DNA from: a virus
Taxonomy: Duplodnaviria; Caudoviricetes
Length of the DNA: 64,000 nt
Reading direction: 5' to 3' (one strand)
Virus record (IMG/VR): IMGVR_UViG_3300043391_000853
Location: 64,001 to 128,000 of that record
The notes under the pieces are model-generated. The model was not told the origin of the DNA and made no database searches. It saw only the letters and a program-made list of their open reading frames with translations. This document shows positions 18,088-24,688 of the stretch, in pieces. The first letter of the stretch is position 1. Each line of letters starts with the position of its first letter. The position numbers and the translations under genes were made by a program.

Positions 18088-19351
18088 CTCGAAAATAAAC
18101 CTACCTAGCGTGGTCTCTAAATTGGGGCTAAGTACGTCGGAGTTCGAGTTTATGCGTGTGCCTTTGTTTGGTTGGTATGCTAAGTCTAAAACTGGCGGCT
18201 TTGTAGGCAATATATTTGATTTTTTCCCTATCGCTGATTGGCGACGACTTTACGGAATAATTTGTCGAGACTTCAGTGATTGCTTTGACTTTAGCCTACC
18301 ATACAGTGAATACGCAGAAAAGAACCTTTTTAAGGATCAGACTAGAATAATGCAGTATCAGTCGATGTGGCTTTTAAGCGTGGAAGAGGCTTACAACTCA
18401 CGGACGAGGCATAACGGAAAAATAATATATTTTAGAGACTTGTTGAATGAGTTGGGGCTGCCAGAGCTATTGAATAACAGATTTGGCTATCTTACAGACA
18501 AGGTCTTGAAGACTTTTCCGAAACTGGAGCTGGAAACAAAACATAAGTATAAAAAAACTTTGGTGATTCCTTCGTTCAGTTCACCTAAGCACATATGCTC
18601 TCTAGAGCTTTCAAGGCTTGGGGATCTAAATCAGCGTGAAAATATCTTTATAAATGGTGAATATGGTTGGTATGGTCGCCAGGGTGTGGAGATTGTGAAG
18701 GACCTTAACGAATTAAAGGTCAAGACAGGTAATACCTGGAACTATAAGAACGCGTATTGGAACACTTCGCCTGTGGGTGTTTCTGATATGCTGGGTGTCG
18801 GACAATTGATCAAGCTGTGGAGCGAGGCAGGCTCCTCAAAATTCAATAGCGACATTATTGAATTAATCACAGGAAAACAAGGCAACGACGATTTGGTGCA
18901 TCACGTCGGTACACTCAATTATAGTCAAGTTATTGAGCTAGAAAAAAATAGCGGACAAGAACTGATGTCCCACTGGATGAAGTCAAGGGAACAGCAGTTC
19001 AACGTTCACGGTAAAACCTACGTGAAAAGGGATAGAGCCTATTTCCTGGTAAAAAAGAATGAAGAGGAACAATTAACGAATTTCACTTTAGACATTAAGG
19101 AAATACGTAAAAAAAATGAAGATGAGTTTGTATGGTGCGGCATGGTATACTTTGAAGATCATGCGATCCCATTTGAAATGGAGGACAAGTACTTCATGTC
19201 GTGCCATCTCTTCACAAAAGGTATCCGCAAAATGTTTCTTAGCCTGGGTCTAGGTATACCTTTTATTAATGAAAAATATGTCAGGCAGTTGATCACAATG
19301 ATCCAGCTGACATGCTACGGTGTGCAGATAGTTACAACGCAGAATAGCTAA
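18068..19351 (+). CDS. Hypothetical protein, possibly a degenerate primase-related protein
   Basis: Long ORF, likely start ATG 18068; N-terminal GFVGNIFDF and C-terminal QLTNFTLDI are loosely primase-like; no catalytic motifs seen. Confidence 0.6.
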   Translation: MLLNSFNSKINLPSVVSKLGLSTSEFEFMRVPLFGWYAKSKTGGFVGNIFDFFPIADWRRLYGIICRDFSDCFDFSLPYSEYAEKNLFKDQTRIMQYQSMWLLSVEEAYNSRTRHNGKIIYFRDLLNELGLPELLNNRFGYLTDKVLKTFPKLELETKHKYKKTLVIPSFSSPKHICSLELSRLGDLNQRENIFINGEYGWYGRQGVEIVKDLNELKVKTGNTWNYKNAYWNTSPVGVSDMLGVGQLIKLWSEAGSSKFNSDIIELITGKQGNDDLVHHVGTLNYSQVIELEKNSGQELMSHWMKSREQQFNVHGKTYVKRDRAYFLVKKNEEEQLTNFTLDIKEIRKKNEDEFVWCGMVYFEDHAIPFEMEDKYFMSCHLFTKGIRKMFLSLGLGIPFINEKYVRQLITMIQLTCYGVQIVTTQNS

Positions 19352-19356
19352 AGATA

Positions 19357-19429
19357 AATTTAGTTGGAAAAACTCTCCTGCCGGACCACATGGTCGCGGC
19401 AGGAGAGAACCCTTATCCACAACTAAATT
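19357..19429. terminator. Long hairpin / terminator between convergent transcription units
   Basis: Outer stem AATTTAGTTG/CAACTAAATT, inner stem CTCTCCTGCCG/CGGCAGGAGAG, apical GACCA/TGGTC; TTTTT follows the inner stem on the minus strand. Confidence 0.75.
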
Positions 19430-19444
19430 ATAATATTGTTGAAA

Positions 19445-19543
19445 TATTGCCTCCGCCGTGGTTAGGCCGAATGCTGGAGGCGCGCATTCAATGAAGTGGG
19501 AAACAATACCAATAAAACCCACGGACCAATACACTCACGGCTG
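19445..19543 (-). ncRNA. Candidate structured ncRNA with a pseudoknot
   Basis: Stems GCCGUG/CACGGC, GUGGG/CCCAC and UUGAAUGC/GCAUUCGG; loop GCCUCC pairs with the 3' GGAGGC; TGGTAAGAT immediately upstream. Confidence 0.5.
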
Positions 19544-19576
19544 ATATCTTACCACCTTTTCGGTAGTAAAGCTTTG

Positions 19577-19789
19577 TCAAGCGACAGCAATCAACGAATT
19601 CGGATTACTACTCAACAAGATACCGTGACTGTTATACAAGGTTACAGAAGGCAGTGGCTGCACATTCTCTTGTACGGTACCCTCTGTTTCAGTAGGGAGA
19701 CCAGTCTTTGGTAATTTGTCTGTGCTCTGCTTCATAGAAGATAGCAGAGGAGTAAGATTGAACGTTTCGTTGATTGGTTGAATTGACAT
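19577..19789 (-). CDS. Small protein (70 aa) starting 3 nt after the tmRNA CCA
   Basis: MSIQPINETF...VTLYNSHG...SLIAVA; the longer track ORF overlaps the tmRNA and is unlikely. Confidence 0.5.
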   Translation of the reverse strand: MSIQPINETFNLTPLLSSMKQSTDKLPKTGLPTETEGTVQENVQPLPSVTLYNSHGILLSSNPNSLIAVA

Positions 19790-19792
19790 AAA

Positions 19793-20274
19793 TGGTGGAG
19801 GTGAGGGGATTCGAACCCCTGTCCTTAGTGTTTCAGCATATAGACTTTCTACAGCTTTTCTGATTATTCCTATAAGTGCCCCGGACGTCAACCAGAAAAA
19901 ACCGACTTGCTGCGCTAATGCTCAACAAATCTTCTCCCCTGCAGGCATATTCTCAAACTTTTTACGAGGTCTGATCATGACTCGATCTAACGCAAAGGAT
20001 CTTGTGGTGTTTCGCAACCACTAGGTTACCCTCATCCTAGGTCATATTACCTGCGAGCAACGCTCGCTGCGGTTAAGCAGCAAGCAAAGCTTCAGAATCA
20101 ACGAATCCAAAGGACTCGAGGATTGCCTCAGCTTCTGCAACACTAGGCGCAAACGAATTGTCGTTAGCATTTATTTTTTTGTCCAGAGGATTTCCTGCCT
20201 AAGCAGCGAGGCCAACCAGACTTCCTCGGCTGAATCTACATACGTTAACACTAAGTCGAAACCAGTACACCCCC
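19793..20274 (-). ncRNA. ssrA: tmRNA (482 nt), tag (A)ANDNSFAPSVAEAEAILESFGFVDSEALLAA
   Basis: 5' GGGGGTGTACTGGTTTCGAC; 3' GACAGGGGTTCGAATCCCCTCACCTCCACCA; acceptor stem with G3.U alanine determinant; PK1 present; AAATAAAT-GCT resume context; tag ORF 20168-20073 ends LAA-TAA. Confidence 0.96.
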
Positions 20275-20310
20275 AAAAACTAAAAACTACAAATAGACTT
20301 TTCTATTCAA

Positions 20311-20324
20311 AATATTATACCAAT
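20311..20324 (-). promoter_or_regulatory. Extended -10 promoter for the tmRNA
   Basis: ATTGGTATAATATT on the minus strand; identical 14-mer at 20741-20754. Confidence 0.6.
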
Positions 20325-20343
20325 TTTATGCAGTAAACAACAG

Positions 20344-20685
20344 TTATATTTTTTCTACAGTTACCTTTGCGGTACCGCTTTCAAGCATACCTAGTTGTCT
20401 AGCTGCACAAAAATTCAAATCAATTATTCTCTGTTTGTGGAAAGGTCCACGATCCTCTATCAAAACAATGACAGACTTTTTAGTTCTATAAGAAGTCACT
20501 CTGACTAGACAACCTATGGGGAGCGTTTTGTGTGCGGCTGCAGGCAGCGATCTATTGAGTTTTTTGCCCGTGGAGGAGATCTTGTTTTCTTTCCCGTACC
20601 AGGAGGCTATTCCTGTTTCTTTGGCTTCACAATACGTACAATGTGAAAGCAGCATGTATATCAGTAGGGCGATCAGTTTAAACAT
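20344..20685 (-). CDS. rlpA: RlpA-like (double-psi beta-barrel) lytic transglycosylase with signal peptide
   Basis: ETGIASWYG, AAHKTLPIG, VLIEDRGPF, RIIDL..AA..LG. Confidence 0.88.
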   Translation of the reverse strand: MFKLIALLIYMLLSHCTYCEAKETGIASWYGKENKISSTGKKLNRSLPAAAHKTLPIGCLVRVTSYRTKKSVIVLIEDRGPFHKQRIIDLNFCAARQLGMLESGTAKVTVEKI

Positions 20686-20740
20686 AAATATTTATAATTG
20701 GTGAGTAATGTTGCATTTGAAAGAATACTTTCCTATGCAT

Positions 20741-20754
20741 AATATTATACCAAT
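20741..20754 (-). promoter_or_regulatory. Extended -10 promoter for the rlpA-like gene
   Basis: Same 14-mer as upstream of the tmRNA. Confidence 0.55.
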
Positions 20755-20762
20755 AAAAACGC

Positions 20763-21437
20763 CTATGTAGGATCTATGTAATAGTTGCTTTCTATATTCC
20801 TGCGTGAGCCTACAGTGCTTGGTGCATTTGGCCATGTAGCCTCTACTCCTGCTCTAGATGTGCTGCCTCTACCTTCAGGGTTAGGAGAAAAGTTCGTGTA
20901 GTCTATATTAAAGTGGCTTTTCAGGAGAACATACTTACGGTCAAAGCGTCCTTTGCCTGAACCGAAGCGTTCTTGTATCATTATGTCAACGTAGTATGTC
21001 CCGGCATACAGGTTCTCTGTTGCTGCCGAAGGTATCCATAACTCGAAATAGCCTGGCTCGCTTCTTGTGGGATATATACCTGCCTCCAGTTTACCGGACC
21101 ATATTGTTCCCTTTGCTCTCGGGCTTGTTTTGACCGAGGCTAGAATATCGTAATCCTCTTTAGCTACCGGTAAACCTGCATGGAAAAGGTAAATATCGTA
21201 TATAATATCCTCTCCTTGCGAGAAGACGTCCGGGTTTGATATGCCTGCCTCAAACGGAATACCAGGTATTCCGTCTATAGCTAAAGAGGACTGTGGCTCT
21301 GCAGCGTCTTGACTGCTTCTGGCTCTGATCTGTGAAGACTCCAGTTCCTCCATACCGTCTACCATGACCTTGCGTACACCTATGCTCTGGTTCTGTACAT
21401 CAGGCGTAAAAAACTGGGGAATTGCGTCTTCGTTCAT
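20763..21437 (-). CDS. Putative virion protein with an Ig-like (BppU N-terminal-like) domain
   Basis: FSQGEDIIYDIYL...GYFELWIPSAATENLYAGTYYVDIMI. Confidence 0.5.
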   Translation of the reverse strand: MNEDAIPQFFTPDVQNQSIGVRKVMVDGMEELESSQIRARSSQDAAEPQSSLAIDGIPGIPFEAGISNPDVFSQGEDIIYDIYLFHAGLPVAKEDYDILASVKTSPRAKGTIWSGKLEAGIYPTRSEPGYFELWIPSAATENLYAGTYYVDIMIQERFGSGKGRFDRKYVLLKSHFNIDYTNFSPNPEGRGSTSRAGVEATWPNAPSTVGSRRNIESNYYIDPT

Positions 21438-21443
21438 AAGCTA

Positions 21444-21770
21444 TTATACACACACCTGCTCTAATGTGTTAGATGATGCGTTTCTTCTATAATAACATAA
21501 TTGAGATAAACCTAAAACACTTTTAACGCTATTAAAATCTGTTGGACCTAGGGAGGATAGCAGGTTTTCTGTTACTTGTTTGTTTACGTCTGGTGTAGTG
21601 ATGTTTCTCTTACCTCCGCAATTGCAGCTTTTTTTAGGAGCTGTACTTAATTCCATCTGACTGATTTGGGCGAGCTTGGGTACAGCTGCGGCTAGAGCTG
21701 GGTTATTTTTCGCAAGCGTAATAAGCTGATTTACGCTTGTGAGTATTAATTTTTTTTCTTGATTCGACAT
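21444..21770 (-). CDS. Small Cys-containing protein (KKSCNCGGK)
   Basis: Tiling at the end of the tail operon. Confidence 0.65.
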   Translation of the reverse strand: MSNQEKKLILTSVNQLITLAKNNPALAAAVPKLAQISQMELSTAPKKSCNCGGKRNITTPDVNKQVTENLLSSLGPTDFNSVKSVLGLSQLCYYRRNASSNTLEQVCV

Positions 21771-21773
21771 ATT

Positions 21774-22709
21774 CTATAGTAGAGAAGGTGTTATGTTTAG
21801 TGGACCGCATATATCTGACGAACCGAATGTTAATCCAACAAATAGCGTGTTGTCGTTAGCTTTCTCATCGTAAGCATCATCAAAATTGTTTAAATTTGTA
21901 CCTTTTGTTATACTCATGTTCGCTCCTGCCTTTATGGAGAAGTTGCCTGACGAGTCGGGCGGTACTCCGTTAATGTACGAGACGATATCTTCACAATCAA
22001 TATACACTGGATCTAGAAATGGTGTCGAGCAATCAAATCTTAATCCCATACCGTAGCTAATTTCAAGATCGATTAATTCATTTGAAATGTTTACTCTAAA
22101 ATTATAACCGGCTATGAAAGTGACGTCTCCGGTTAGAGAGGTTAGGGAGTTCTCTAATACGACTTCAAGAGGCAGTATAGGTTTATAGCCATAAGATTCT
22201 GTTTTTTTCTCTGGTGTAGTTTTTATAGAGTTTACACCTAGCCACTCATCACTAAATTGACTGTATGTTGAGGGCTCTACAGGCAGTAGGCCTGCGAACT
22301 GTTGGTTTATTTGAGCTACGTTTAAAAAAGTATCTAATCCCTGACCTAACGTAACCAGGCCTTCATTTGTCCTGAAATATAGGGGATACCCGGCTCCTGG
22401 ATAAGTCTCCAGCTCGAAAGACGCTATCGTGCTGCTAGTTGTACCTACTTCTATCACAGCTTTGTATGTAGCTGTTTTAGTTATCTTTTTTAAGTATACT
22501 GGTGAGCTTATCTTAACAGTTTGTCCACTCTGCAATACCTTGTCTTGTTCTAATGAATGCGAGAAACATACTAGTTGGAAGTCTAGTAAAAAGTTGTCTG
22601 GTACACTCCAAGAGTCCTGATTGTTTGCTAGTAGCGTCTTATCGCTATATTCTAGCAAAGGGAACGCCCTTAACTCGTTTTCATTTAGCCAATCTAAAAC
22701 CTGTTCCAT
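21774..22709 (-). CDS. Tail-appendage paralog 5
   Basis: LDWLNENELRAFPL ... VSYINGVPPDSSGNFSI, shared with neighbours. Confidence 0.65.
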   Translation of the reverse strand: MEQVLDWLNENELRAFPLLEYSDKTLLANNQDSWSVPDNFLLDFQLVCFSHSLEQDKVLQSGQTVKISSPVYLKKITKTATYKAVIEVGTTSSTIASFELETYPGAGYPLYFRTNEGLVTLGQGLDTFLNVAQINQQFAGLLPVEPSTYSQFSDEWLGVNSIKTTPEKKTESYGYKPILPLEVVLENSLTSLTGDVTFIAGYNFRVNISNELIDLEISYGMGLRFDCSTPFLDPVYIDCEDIVSYINGVPPDSSGNFSIKAGANMSITKGTNLNNFDDAYDEKANDNTLFVGLTFGSSDICGPLNITPSLL

Positions 22710-22713
22710 ATTT

Positions 22714-23454
22714 TTAAGTGGTAAGTGAAGGTATCGAGAAAGATGAGCTTAAGGTACCAGAAACCAAATCCATTGAAATACCTGCACCGTACACTGAAGA
22801 TATTTTAATCACATCGTTTGAAGCCAGATTGATGTTGTTTTTAACTGGTTTAACTAAATTTATTTGTTTGAGCGCATTAGGTCTGCTAGCGCTTTCAGGT
22901 ACGGCGTGTCCAGTAACAGCATTAAAGGTTACGGTGTTTGGTTTGTCTGGAGACGCTAGTGTTTTTTTGGCTGTATTATAAAATATAGTTGTATCGTCCT
23001 GAGCTCTAGAAAGAGTAACGTCGCCATAGCTTCCATCAAGCAAATAGACAGCGTCTTTAGATGGTATACTTCTGGTTGTGGATGACAGAAAGGGTGTGTT
23101 GAATTCTAGAAATCTTCCTGCATACATCTCCCACAAAAAAAGTGCCCCTTGTCCAAAAGTCACTTGTCCCAAATATCTTGTTTTTGGTTTATTATAGATT
23201 CTTAAGCTTCTATACTCCTCGCCTAAGATATACGCTTCTTTGTAAAAAACTGCCGTAATCGCTCCGTAGTCAAAAAGAAAAGATAGCTCCAGTCTATCGG
23301 ATTCGACAAGCACGCTGTTTAGTGTGGGTATAAAAGCATCAAACTGTGTAAACTTAGCATCAACTATAAGATCCATGGGCTCTATATCTAGCGTGAAAGG
23401 ATAGCTAGATAGCGCGTTCTCGTTCTGCCAACCTAGAGTATTATATATAGCCAT
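22714..23454 (-). CDS. Tail-appendage paralog 4
   Basis: LGWQNENALSSYPF ... LKQINLVKP. Confidence 0.65.
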   Translation of the reverse strand: MAIYNTLGWQNENALSSYPFTLDIEPMDLIVDAKFTQFDAFIPTLNSVLVESDRLELSFLFDYGAITAVFYKEAYILGEEYRSLRIYNKPKTRYLGQVTFGQGALFLWEMYAGRFLEFNTPFLSSTTRSIPSKDAVYLLDGSYGDVTLSRAQDDTTIFYNTAKKTLASPDKPNTVTFNAVTGHAVPESASRPNALKQINLVKPVKNNINLASNDVIKISSVYGAGISMDLVSGTLSSSFSIPSLTT

Positions 23455-23459
23455 AACTG

Positions 23460-24677
23460 TTAGGGTTTAGTCCAATATCTTATATCCTGATAATACTCTT
23501 CTTTCGCAAACTGAGGCCAGAAATAATATTCAGGAATTTCAGTGTTGTAGAAGCTGCCTGCGAGTCTTGCGGGTCTAGCTATAGGGTAATTAGGATTGAG
23601 CGGGTCAGGATTGCTGGGTTTGTATGGGTCATACGAAGGTATGGCAGGCTTGCTGTAATACAGGTCTTTAAACATTGGTAGGTTTAAAGAAAACCCAGAC
23701 ACATCTACCGGAGGAAGCAGCTTACTCTTCTGTGCACACAAACCCTCCATGGTTACTCCTTCTGTCGACACGGCCAATGTGCCTGCACCTGACACAGGTT
23801 CCCAGCGAGTTGAATTGCCTGGGTTTTGATTTTGCTCAGCTATCGTCGGTATTTTACAGATGTAGGGTATTTTTTCGTAGGTGACCGCGTCATTCACAGC
23901 GTAGGCTATATCTTTCCATACACCTCTCCAATTCATTTGGTTTCCTTGAGTCTTGTAAAATATGACTGGTCGTATGCCTGCGATATAAATGTTGCCGTCG
24001 TTCTCGTGATGTGGGTTTATATCCGCATCTTGCGATATAGAGGACGGTCTAACCCCGTTAATATTTTTAATTAGTGGTGTAGAGCAATTTTGCAGTAGTG
24101 AGGACTTGTCAGCTAGATTAAACACACTGAGAGGGTTTAAGGCTCTGAGTTTTGTTGTCTTGGCTTGAGGGTCAGAGGTTTTAGTTAAGCCTGTAAGTAT
24201 ACCATAATTTACTACTCCTCTAAGCTCGCTATTTTTAGCGTCTCGTATGCTGGTTACTTTTGGAGGAGTGTAACAATAAATTACAGACTCCTCAAACTCA
24301 GAAGCGTCCGGTTCAAAATTTAATATGTTAGGTAAAGAATTCAGTGCTTCTAATGAGCCTATCGTGAGTGTGCCTGATAAGAATCTTTCAAACGGATTAA
24401 AATATAACGTTGTATAGTCTGAAGAAACCGAGCCTTCAAACGTCCCTAAAGTAACATCGTCGAGTATGGATGTTATCGTTATTTTAATCGTACTGTCTAT
24501 CCTGTGTATTTGTTTAATATAAATTCTATGCTTATTAAGCACAGATGTGATACTTGCGTTAACGAGCAAACCGTCAGGCAGAGTAAATCCATCTAAAGCT
24601 TTAAGCGATGCGCTTTGTTTCAGAGGATATTTTCTGAACTGGTTTTTGTTTTCAAAAGATAATGAAATTATTGCCAT
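23460..24677 (-). CDS. Tail-appendage paralog 3 with a CBM5/12-like insert
   Basis: LSFENKNQFRKYPL ... IKNINGVRP; WRGVWKDIAYAVNDAVTYEKIPYIC...TRWEPV. Confidence 0.65.
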   Translation of the reverse strand: MAIISLSFENKNQFRKYPLKQSASLKALDGFTLPDGLLVNASITSVLNKHRIYIKQIHRIDSTIKITITSILDDVTLGTFEGSVSSDYTTLYFNPFERFLSGTLTIGSLEALNSLPNILNFEPDASEFEESVIYCYTPPKVTSIRDAKNSELRGVVNYGILTGLTKTSDPQAKTTKLRALNPLSVFNLADKSSLLQNCSTPLIKNINGVRPSSISQDADINPHHENDGNIYIAGIRPVIFYKTQGNQMNWRGVWKDIAYAVNDAVTYEKIPYICKIPTIAEQNQNPGNSTRWEPVSGAGTLAVSTEGVTMEGLCAQKSKLLPPVDVSGFSLNLPMFKDLYYSKPAIPSYDPYKPSNPDPLNPNYPIARPARLAGSFYNTEIPEYYFWPQFAKEEYYQDIRYWTKP

Positions 24678-24688
24678 ATGACTCTAGG

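Noticed and set aside
19413-19421. Perfect DnaA box TTATCCACA (another at 13525-13533 on the reverse strand)
   Set aside because: These are isolated copies, one inside terL. One or two such 9-mers can occur by chance in 64 kb, and there is no cluster to support an origin.
19445-19500. HDV-like (theta) or twister ribozyme assignment for the pseudoknot
   Set aside because: There is no room for HDV P3/L3 between the stems, and twister conserved segments are not in the right order. It was left as an unassigned RNA.
19793-19825. tRNA-like T-arm and CCA as a tRNA gene or prophage att site
   Set aside because: It is the 3' end of the tmRNA; no anticodon arm, duplicated copy or integrase was seen.
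19577-19891. 104-aa version of the ORF next to the tmRNA
   Set aside because: Its first 34 codons lie inside the tmRNA 3' domain; only the part from ATG 19789 was kept.
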